Part shown: positions 20,875-27,518 of the stretch, one piece after another
Layout of the letters: each line of letters opens with the position of its first letter
Position numbering within the stretch: position 1 is the first letter of the stretch
Virus record (IMG/VR): IMGVR_UViG_3300027793_000078
Span: 14,478-78,477 of that record
Strand: one strand, 5' to 3'
Source: a virus
DNA length: 64,000 bases
Notes under the pieces: generated by a model
What the model saw: only the letters and a program-made list of their open reading frames with translations
Told to the model about the DNA's origin: nothing
Databases searched by the model: none
Program-made: the position numbers and the translations under genes

Positions 20875-21378
20875 ATGAATCATAAAAATGAATATGGTTG
20901 CCTCATGGCAATCGTGCCTCCAACTCACGGTCCACATATTGTTAAATTTGGTAAAACTGTAATACCTCAAAGTTTATTATACACAAAGCCAGACGATGAC
21001 AGTTATGGCTATGATAACGAACCGCATGTAACTGTAAAATTTGGATATGCGCCCGATTTGAATAAGCAAGATTTGGCAACGATTTTACGAGGTATAAAAC
21101 CTTTTAATATTGTTTTGCATGCATTGACACAGTTTAACAACAGTGAATTTGATGTTGTTAAGTTTGATGCGGAAAGTCCCGTATTAAGAGAATTGAGAGC
21201 TAGAGCAGACAAATTTCCAAATAAAGATAAATTTCCAGAATACAAGCCGCACATGACTTTGGCGTATGTAAGACCAAATTCTTTTGGTCACATCAAAGAA
21301 AAACTAAATATTAGTGTTCCAATTAAACATTTCAAATATAGTGGTGCAGACGGTAGAAAAATATTAATTCATTTGTAA
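20875..21378 (+). CDS. 2H phosphoesterase, T4 gp57B/Acb1-like
   Basis: EPHVTVKFG and YKPHMTLAY. Confidence 0.75.
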   Translation: MNHKNEYGCLMAIVPPTHGPHIVKFGKTVIPQSLLYTKPDDDSYGYDNEPHVTVKFGYAPDLNKQDLATILRGIKPFNIVLHALTQFNNSEFDVVKFDAESPVLRELRARADKFPNKDKFPEYKPHMTLAYVRPNSFGHIKEKLNISVPIKHFKYSGADGRKILIHL

Positions 21379-21413
21379 GTTAATACTATTTATAGTTGTT
21401 ATACAAATGTTTT

Positions 21414-21926
21414 ATGGGCCAACTTACACTACCACCAAATCTAAACAACAAAAATTCTTCAGATATGTCTTCAATTCCGAAACCTTCCCCCAAAGAAGAA
21501 TCTCGGTTTTCTATCAATGAGAAAATTAAATTATTTGTAATTATAATTATAGCGATTACAGTTCCTGTATTTGGAACATTCATTTTTACTCGCTCTTCTT
21601 ATAGAAACGAAATGGAGCAATACAAAACCACTTCGAATAAACAAATCACAGAATTGAAAAATCAGATTAATTTGTTGTCAAATCCGGCAGTCAAACAACT
21701 AGATCAACTTGAGAACATTGTCAAGATGAAAAAAATGCAGTATTTTAAAGAAAGAGAAGAAATAGAAAAAGATCCTGTATATCAAGCGTTGATTAAAAAA
21801 ACTAAAGAACTTGACAATCAAATTATAATATGTAATGTACATCTCCAGAATATAGAAATAGTTAAACAAAATAACTATAAAGATGTGGAACTATTGATAG
21901 AAAAACTAAATAAAGAAAAATATTAA
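21414..21926 (+). CDS. Membrane-anchored coiled-coil protein
   Basis: Single TM segment followed by coiled coil. Confidence 0.5.
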   Translation: MGQLTLPPNLNNKNSSDMSSIPKPSPKEESRFSINEKIKLFVIIIIAITVPVFGTFIFTRSSYRNEMEQYKTTSNKQITELKNQINLLSNPAVKQLDQLENIVKMKKMQYFKEREEIEKDPVYQALIKKTKELDNQIIICNVHLQNIEIVKQNNYKDVELLIEKLNKEKY

Positions 21927-21973
21927 ATAATAAATTTATTTATTTTTAAACTTTATAACTATATATACATAAG

Positions 21974-22336
21974 ATGAATTTTCTATCAATATTATTAGAA
22001 TTACAGAATCAATTAAGAATTTATCATTGGCAAACTGATAGTTATTCTGCCCACAAAGCATTGGGTGATGCTTATGAAGACCTTAATGAATCTATTGATA
22101 GTTTTATTGAAGAATTCATGGGTAAATATGGTAAAATTCGTAGTGACAAAGGATTTAATATTAATTTAAAAAACATTGATGAAAGTGACATTAATAATGT
22201 AATTAATACAGCTATTGACTTTTTAAGTAAACAATTACCATCGGTTTTACAAGAAGAAGATACTAATTTGCTTAATATAAGAGATGAAATGTTGGGCACT
22301 TTAGAAAAACTTAAATATTTATTGACACTCAAGTAA
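21974..22336 (+). CDS. Ferritin/Dps-like four-helix protein (DUF5856-like)
   Basis: HWQT.SY..HKAL...Y..L...IDSFIE...GKYG; NIRDEML...KYLLTL. Confidence 0.75.
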   Translation: MNFLSILLELQNQLRIYHWQTDSYSAHKALGDAYEDLNESIDSFIEEFMGKYGKIRSDKGFNINLKNIDESDINNVINTAIDFLSKQLPSVLQEEDTNLLNIRDEMLGTLEKLKYLLTLK

Positions 22337-22534
22337 CACTACTATACAGTACACCAAATGAAAAACATACAAACAATTGAATGTGAAAAAATGATGGATC
22401 ATAAGGAGATACCCGCATAAATTTTTGCGTTAAAAACAGTATCGAACTTGATGATCCGAATGACCTCCACATTCGGATTTTTTATTCTAAAAGTAGCACT
22501 TGACAATCAGTAGGATACAGATTATAAAAAAGCT

Positions 22535-22741
22535 ATGAAAATCGTAATGATTAAAAATGTTGACATTGACATTGATAAGACTCGACTACGTGAAGTATGG
22601 CCGAAATATCTTTCACGCAATGATGTTTTTAATATCAATAAAATCGAGGAGATTAGCGATACCAATGTAAATCTAGTGCTGGATGATGGTGATGTCCTGC
22701 TTGAAGTTCCTAAAAACAGTTTTACTTTAAAATCCAAATGA
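22535..22741 (+). CDS. Hypothetical protein
   Basis: ORF after TTGACA promoter. Confidence 0.5.
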   Translation: MKIVMIKNVDIDIDKTRLREVWPKYLSRNDVFNINKIEEISDTNVNLVLDDGDVLLEVPKNSFTLKSK

Positions 22742-22989
22742 GCCAAGCCGATCCATTTCGCGATATTGTAAAGCAAAATGTTGTTTTATACAGAGATTCT
22801 GAAGAACAACGTGAAAAAAGTTTTTTGGATAAATCAAACGCTCTAAAAGAGTGGAAAAAATATAATGAAGTTTACATTCGTGCCGCAAAATGTTTGGCAC
22901 TTTGTGAAAATTCCAATTTGAATGATATTGGAATTTTCGATGAAAAGCCAACTGAAAAAGCTGTTGACAAACAGCCGGACACAAAGTAA
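22738..22989 (+). CDS. Hypothetical protein
   Basis: ATGA overlap with upstream ORF. Confidence 0.45.
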   Translation: MSQADPFRDIVKQNVVLYRDSEEQREKSFLDKSNALKEWKKYNEVYIRAAKCLALCENSNLNDIGIFDEKPTEKAVDKQPDTK

Positions 22990-23190
22990 GCTGTTGAAAG
23001 ATGAAGGTCGTGGTTGACCGCAGCATCTCTAAAACTTAAACAACCACATGTTCTTTCAAAAGATTGTTGACAGTGTAGCGAAGTGGTAGTAGATTGTGAG
23101 CATGATCTTTGAAATGTTGACGGCCTAAACAAAGCCGACAACAAGACAAAAAACAGTGTTGACAACAACGAAATGGTTCACTAAGCTGTT
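22957..23190 (+). promoter_or_regulatory. Three tandem strong sigma70-type promoters heading the RNA island
   Basis: TTGACA-N17-TAAGCT (22964), TTGACA-N17-TAGATT (23067), TTGACA-N17-TAAGCT (23159), each with A-rich upstream tract. Confidence 0.8.
23049..23114 (+). promoter_or_regulatory. Two boxA-like antitermination elements
   Basis: TGTTCTTTCAAA (23049) and TGATCTTTGAAA (23103); more copies at 23574, 24642, 25231, 25436, 27120. Confidence 0.6.
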
Positions 23191-23206
23191 CAACACAATG
23201 AGTTTT

Positions 23207-23346
23207 GAGATGCACACAGCAAACAAAAAAATGCCGTCTTCTCCTTCGGACATTAAATGAAGGTAGACTTGTCGATAGTCCATGAAAAAACACGATCAGA
23301 AGTTTAACTGTAAATAAAACTAAGCATATATTAATGTTGCGTCTCG
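23207..23346 (+). ncRNA. CAGCAA-module RNA, copy 1 (multi-hairpin cargo)
   Basis: GAGATGCA-CA-CAGCAA ... TGCGTCTC-G closing helix. Confidence 0.65.
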
Positions 23347-23658
23347 TTAAATTTCAGGCACTTGCCGATTGCCTTTGACACTATATAAGGGAAGTTCAAT
23401 TAAAATCGGCAAAGTTTTTGCGGAGTTGGTAGCGTCACCGCCATATAAAAAAGATGCTGCTGGCACGTTCTCAATTGTCAATCTGACGAACGGCGAAGAT
23501 AATGATTGACTGAAGGGTTGGTGCAGTATAACCTTGTGGTGTTAAAACCAACAAAACCACATAATTTAATTTTTGTTCTTTAAACATTTTTCGTAGGTCA
23601 TAGATACGATACTATTTTTAAAATATAGTATCAGGGGAGCGTAACCCTTATACGAAAT

Positions 23659-23773
23659 TAATCGGGTCCACAGCTAACGAAGCCGAAGAAGTGGATACAA
23701 TAGTGACAAATGCAGCTTATACCTGCTAGGTTCAAATGGACGCATTTGAACTCGACGAAACTTGTCCCGATTA
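23659..23773 (+). ncRNA. Unidentified structured RNA
   Basis: TAATCGGG/CCCGATTA closure; inner TCCAC/GTGGA, GCAG/CTGC, GTTCAAATG/CATTTGAAC. Confidence 0.5.
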
Positions 23774-23864
23774 CACTTTACTTTTTGTTCTTTTATATAT
23801 GAATCTAAATAGGCAGTCGCAAAGTTTTTTTGATGTTTAGTCTGCCGTAACAATACTTATGTGT

Positions 23865-24326
23865 ATGCGTAAAAAAACATACACAGAAGAACAGTTGATA
23901 TTAGCAGTCAAAACTAGTAAGAGTTATGCACAAGTTATAAAAAAACTTGGGCTTAAACAAGCTGGCGGAACTCAAAAAAACATCAAACATGAGATAAATA
24001 ATTTGCAATGTGATTTATCACACTTCCATTTCCAAAAATGGAATAAAGATAAAAAACTCAAAGAGTATGCTGATTATAAGCATTATAAATATGCTCGTCA
24101 TCATTTAATACTTGAACGAGGAGAAAAGTGCGAGAACTGTAATAATTCTGAATGGTGTGGTAAAAAAATTACATTGGAAATACATCACATAGATTGTGAT
24201 AGAAAAAATAACAATCCAAATAATTTACAAGTTTTATGTCCAAATTGTCATTCCATAACACATGGATATAAAAGACGTAAAGGTGATTATGTATTAAAGT
24301 CATCAAATGGAAAAGTTATAAAATAA
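23865..24326 (+). CDS. Free-standing HNH (homing-type) endonuclease
   Basis: CENC...LEIHHIDCDRKNN..NNLQVLCPNCHS; N-terminal HTH-like segment. Confidence 0.85.
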   Translation: MRKKTYTEEQLILAVKTSKSYAQVIKKLGLKQAGGTQKNIKHEINNLQCDLSHFHFQKWNKDKKLKEYADYKHYKYARHHLILERGEKCENCNNSEWCGKKITLEIHHIDCDRKNNNPNNLQVLCPNCHSITHGYKRRKGDYVLKSSNGKVIK

Positions 24327-24334
24327 TTTATGAT

Positions 24335-24418
24335 GGGCATATGGCGTAAAGGCAGCCGCGTTCGACTTAAAATCGAATTCCGTAAGGAGTGCTGGTTCGA
24401 GTCCAGCTATGCCTACCA
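24335..24418 (+). tRNA. tRNA-Leu(TAA), long variable arm, CCA encoded
   Basis: GGGCATA/TATGCCT acceptor; TTCGA-CT TAA AA-TCGAA; GGTTCGAGTCC. Confidence 0.93.
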
Positions 24419-24439
24419 ATTTTTATCTGTTCAAATACG

Positions 24440-24533
24440 TAGGTCGGACCAACATCAATAGTCAAGTTGGAAACCAGCGTGAAGCTAATGACTATTTCGA
24501 TGCTTCTGAATAGATAAATAAGTATCTGACCTA
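24440..24533 (+). ncRNA. Unidentified structured RNA
   Basis: TAGGTCGGA/TCTGACCTA closure; inner ATAGTCA/TGACTAT and GNRA-capped hairpins. Confidence 0.45.
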
Positions 24534-24583
24534 TACTTTAAGCTGTGGTGCGAATCCACAATGGTCACACTTTTAAAAAGTTG

Positions 24584-24611
24584 TTGACATTGGCGAAGAA
24601 AACGCTAAGAT
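24584..24611 (+). promoter_or_regulatory. sigma70-type promoter followed by boxA-like site
   Basis: TTGACA-N16-TAAGAT; TGTTCTTTACAA at 24642. Confidence 0.7.
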
Positions 24612-24660
24612 GTTCGCAACGATGAAGATGGTAATCTTCGATGTTCTTTACAAAATTTTC

Positions 24661-24941
24661 GGGTGGCGGAACAAACAAATGTATGGTTGTAACGCACAAT
24701 ATCAATGAAGAATTGATATTGGTTGGAGTAAACAATTGATGTGTAAATCTATGGAGTCAACGGGTCGATCAACCCAATGATAAGCGTATATTCGTCGTAG
24801 CTCAAAATAATGACATACCGACGAAATGAAGGTGAAATCCCTTTCAGTCATTAACATATGAAGTAATTAATCATATGGACTGTGGATGAATAACATAGCA
24901 GTTGTTGAAACTTGAAGGTAATCATTAGTCCTTCCCCACAC
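24661..24941 (+). ncRNA. ~280-nt structured RNA with T-loop-like hairpins
   Basis: 5' GTGG pairs with 3' CCAC; hairpins CAATATCAAT/ATTGATATTG, TTCGTCG/CGACGAA, GAAGG-TGAAATC-CCTTT, CATATGA/TCATATG, GAAGG/CCTTC. Confidence 0.6.
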
Positions 24942-25081
24942 TTTTTGCAAGGATGACAGATAGCAACTGTTCCGTAGCATTATATGCAGGATTTGAATTG
25001 GCAATCCAAATTCAAACATCGACCGCTTTTTTAGAAAAAAAATTAATAAATTTTGTTCTCTGATACTATATATGATTTAAT

Positions 25082-25160
25082 GTAGGAATGGTGTAATTGG
25101 CTAACATCTCTCACTTTCACTGAGAAGACATGGTGGGTTCAAATCCCCCTTCCTATACCA
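25082..25160 (+). tRNA. tRNA-Glu(TTC), CCA encoded
   Basis: GTAGGAA/TTCCTAT; TCTCA-CT TTC AC-TGAGA; GGTTCAAATCC. Confidence 0.9.
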
Positions 25161-25345
25161 ATTTAAGGTTTGGTTGTTTGCCTAATCAAAAACAGCATGG
25201 TGTGGGATGAGCAATCCACAGAGTTGACAACGCTCTTTAAACGTTGTATGGTTGCGGGGCTTAAATGGTGCTGATGTTACCGGGTGGACATCGGAATCAA
25301 TAGTAAACATCCGGGTTATTTTAAATAGTTCTTTTTTTATGAATT

Positions 25346-25425
25346 TGCGGGGACAAGCCGTGGGACGCTGACTACGCTCATAACGTAGGCGAAAGCTATG
25401 GTGTGTTCGACTCACACCTCCGCTA
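25346..25425 (+). tRNA. Atypical initiator-like tRNA(CAT) with GC-GAAA-GC variable hairpin, no CCA
   Basis: TGCGGGG/CTCCGCT; CTACG-CT CAT AA-CGTAG; GTGTG-TTCGACT-CACAC; divergent D arm. Confidence 0.7.
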
Positions 25426-25469
25426 TTTTGATTTAGTTCATTGACATAGTTTAAAGTTTTATATAGATT

Positions 25470-25541
25470 TGCGGGGTGGAGCAGTGGTAGCTCGCTACGC
25501 TCATAACGTAGAGGTCGCAGGTTCAATCCCTGCCCCCGCTA
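25470..25541 (+). tRNA. tRNA-fMet(CAT)-like, no CCA
   Basis: GCGGGGTGGAGCAG..GGTAGCTCG initiator body, 1:72 mismatch; anticodon stem CTACG/CGTAG. Confidence 0.9.
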
Positions 25542-25754
25542 ATTTTGGATTATCCTATAAAGCTCTGATTAATTTTGTTTAGTAAAATCACTGCCGAATA
25601 ACTAAAAGGCATTCGTATTATCCTCAATAGCAATATTGATGTTTAGACAAAATATAGATGATAATCTGCCGTGGATTGAATCAGCAAGGCTGCGGCAAAT
25701 CATTTTGTTTGGTAGTTTGGTCAACAATAAAACTACTCTAGTAACAACTGCTAG

Positions 25755-25963
25755 TCTCAGTTGATGGGTTCCATATCCCTTAATAAAAATATGGCATTTG
25801 CCCTTTTTTGTAGAAAAAAGGCGATGTTATCACTACATCTTAAAAGTGATTGTTGCATCTTAACATAAAAGATGCCCTAAGCAAAAGAACTCCGCTATAG
25901 TGAGTTCCAATAGATTCTCCTTTACGTGCTAGAATGTTTCATGTTAAAGTGAAACAACTGAGA
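25755..25963 (+). ncRNA. Multi-hairpin star RNA (7 hairpins in a 9-bp closure)
   Basis: TCTCAGTTG/CAACTGAGA enclosing CCATAT/ATATGG, CCTTTTTT/AAAAAAGG, ATCACT/AGTGAT, GCATCT/AGATGC, GAACTC/GAGTTC, ATTCT/AGAAT, GTTTCAT/GTGAAAC. Confidence 0.6.
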
Positions 25964-26008
25964 ATCAGCCACAAATTTATCTAGTAAGATTGTGGCACAT
26001 TTTAAAAT

Positions 26009-26078
26009 GGCGAGGTAGCTCAGAGAAAGAGCGTCGGCACAGCCGAGGACGGTGGTTCAATTCCATCCCTTGCCACCA
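26009..26078 (+). tRNA. tRNA-like gene with 3-nt loop in place of the anticodon loop, CCA encoded
   Basis: GGCGAGG/CCTTGCC-A-CCA; GCTC/GAGC D stem; TCGGC-ACA-GCCGA; GGTGG-TTCAATT-CCATC. Confidence 0.8.
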
Positions 26079-26085
26079 AATTTTA

Positions 26086-26209
26086 GAGATACATTCAGCA
26101 ATACAAATAAATAATAAACAGCTATACGTGGTGTTCGAATCCCACCTTGCCCACTAGACGGGCAAGTAGCCGAGCGGTTCAGGCGGCTGTCAAATAAAAA
26201 CGTATCTCG
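26086..26209 (+). ncRNA. CAGCAA-module RNA, copy 2, enclosing a circularly permuted tRNA body (YrlA-like)
   Basis: GAGATAC/GTATCTC closure; tRNA 3' half 26118-26153 precedes 5' half 26160-26190. Confidence 0.8.
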
Positions 26210-26221
26210 TATTTTTACAAT

Positions 26222-26297
26222 GGTGCGGTGGCAGAAATGGCTATGCAGGAATTTGCAGAATTCCATCATGTAGGTTCAACTCCTACCCGTACCTCCA
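26222..26297 (+). tRNA. tRNA-Cys(GCA), CCA encoded
   Basis: GGTGCGG/CCGTACC-T-CCA (U73); GGAAT-TT GCA GA-ATTCC. Confidence 0.92.
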
Positions 26298-26302
26298 GTT
26301 TT

Positions 26303-26443
26303 AACATTCAGTGACTATAAAAAAATTGCAGACGCAATGACCAAATAGAGGTTGGTTTTAGGTTTTAGTATGAGAAACGGAGTTTGTTGTAAACGTTTAT
26401 TTCATATATTTATTCAATCATTCGTCGTCTATTACCGAATGTT
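26303..26443 (+). ncRNA. Rod-like structured RNA
   Basis: AACATTC/GAATGTT ends; AGACG/CGTCT, AATGA/TCATT, AAACG/CGTTT nested. Confidence 0.45.
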
Positions 26444-26451
26444 TAATTTTT

Positions 26452-26504
26452 AAGACACTTGCAGCAAACATATTTTTTATTGAAAAAAACCAAACGGTGT
26501 CTTG
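26452..26504 (+). ncRNA. CAGCAA-module RNA, copy 3 (minimal)
   Basis: AAGACAC-TTG-CAGCAA ... GTGTCTT-G. Confidence 0.7.
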
Positions 26505-26514
26505 TTTTTGATTT

Positions 26515-26661
26515 TAGATTAGAGTTGGAGTTATCGTAGAAATCTGTGGAAGTTGTAATACACAGAGAGTATATTTAAGGAGCCGCTTGACAAACAGAAG
26601 GACAACGAGTATGTTTGTTCTAAGATAACTACACATCCCCTCGGTCAAAGGATATAATCTA
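26515..26661 (+). ncRNA. Unidentified structured RNA
   Basis: TAGATTA/TAATCTA closure; AGTTATC/GATAACT, TCTGTG/CACAGA, ACAAACA/TGTTTGT. Confidence 0.45.
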
Positions 26662-26663
26662 AT

Positions 26664-26785
26664 ATGTTGGTTGTTCAACGGCAGTCCGTTATTTAAAAAA
26701 CATCAATGGATGTGCCCGTGTTAAAACGGGATGAACGGTGAGAGATAGCAGTCCTACTGAAGGCGAAGACTGTAACAATCAATAT
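26664..26785 (+). ncRNA. Unidentified multi-hairpin RNA
   Basis: ATGTTGGTTGTT/AACAATCAATAT closure; AACGG/CCGTT, ACATC/GATGT, CCCGT-GTTAAA-ACGGG, CAGTC/GACTG. Confidence 0.5.
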
Positions 26786-26787
26786 TA

Positions 26788-26842
26788 TAGACACACACAG
26801 CAACTTTATATTCCAATAGGAAACAAAAGAGAACGTGTCTAG
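26788..26842 (+). ncRNA. CAGCAA-module RNA, copy 4 (minimal)
   Basis: TAGACAC-ACA-CAGCAA ... GTGTCTA-G. Confidence 0.7.
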
Positions 26843-26847
26843 TTCAT

Positions 26848-26941
26848 GGCCTCGTAGTTTAATGGTAGAACGCAACGCTTATAACGTTGATAAGCTCCAG
26901 ATTAGAGCACGGTCTCGGTTCGAATCCGGGCGAGGCTACCA
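26848..26941 (+). tRNA. tRNA-Ile(TAT) with long variable arm, CCA encoded
   Basis: GGCCTCG/CGAGGCT; CAACG-CT TAT AA-CGTTG; V arm GCTC-CAGATTA-GAGC. Confidence 0.88.
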
Positions 26942-26946
26942 AATTT

Positions 26947-27110
26947 TACCGTGTGGTATTTTTGTGATACACGAATAATGGGTAGCATAAAGCAGATATA
27001 CCACTGAGTGGTTTCAGATGGTAATGTATCATACTATGTCCAACGTTCGGTGCTAATTGCGTCTGACCAACATACAATTAGTTGTGGGTTTGATTCCCAT
27101 CCACGGTACA
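26947..27110 (+). ncRNA. ~165-nt RNA with tRNA-like acceptor stem and T arm
   Basis: TACCGTG/CACGGTA closure; GTGGG-TTTGATT-CCCAT. Confidence 0.55.
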
Positions 27111-27246
27111 CTTTCAATTCAATCTTTGACAACATATCAATGTTGAGACTAGTCATCTTACCAAAACAAAACCAATCATATTTTGTCGGAGTTGTCGTGT
27201 TTTTAAAGTTTTGTGAACTGTTCGACAACAACATTGATACTTTAAT

Positions 27247-27323
27247 GGCTAGGTAGTCCAACGGCAGGAGACATCCGACTCAAAATCGGTCCAGTGTCGG
27301 TTCAAATCCGACCCTAGCTACCA
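27247..27323 (+). tRNA. tRNA-Leu(CAA), short variable region, CCA encoded
   Basis: GGCTAGG/CCTAGCT; CCGA-CT CAA AA-TCGG; GTCGG-TTCAAAT-CCGAC. Confidence 0.9.
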
Positions 27324-27331
27324 ATTTTTAA

Positions 27332-27504
27332 TTCTGTGTATAGATAAACGGTATTGCTATTTGGTAATGACTGACAACAGTATATTATGAGTAAAATCGT
27401 AATAATTAGTAATACTAATACCTACGGGGATATCAGACTGAACAAACAAATGAGTTTTTGAATTTGGGTTGATATTACAAATCTATTGATTGCGGGTCAC
27501 AGAA
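27332..27504 (+). ncRNA. Unidentified structured RNA
   Basis: TTCTGTG/CACAGAA closure; TATTATGA/TCGTAATA, ATTAGT/ACTAAT hairpins. Confidence 0.4.
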
Positions 27505-27518
27505 ATAAAACTCTTTAA

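Noticed and set aside
23477-23510. CTGACGA...GAA resembling a hammerhead ribozyme core
   Set aside because: No stem II, no GAAA, and no properly placed stem III/cleavage triplet
23780-24334. Group I intron around the HNH gene
   Set aside because: No interrupted host gene or recognisable P7 core; flanking tRNA-Leu is intact
25441-25469. TTGACA-N17-TAGATT promoter before tRNA-fMet
   Set aside because: The -10 box abuts the tRNA 5' end, leaving no room for a start site; better read as boxA-like AGTTCATTGACA
26947-27110. Possible tmRNA
   Set aside because: Too short, lacks GGGG start, G3-U70 and a tag reading frame; kept as unknown tRNA-ended RNA
23036-27261. Short ORFs called in the RNA island (23036, 25182, 26057, 26693, 27008, 27034)
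   Set aside because: They overlap tRNAs, promoters or structured RNAs and have no protein-like features
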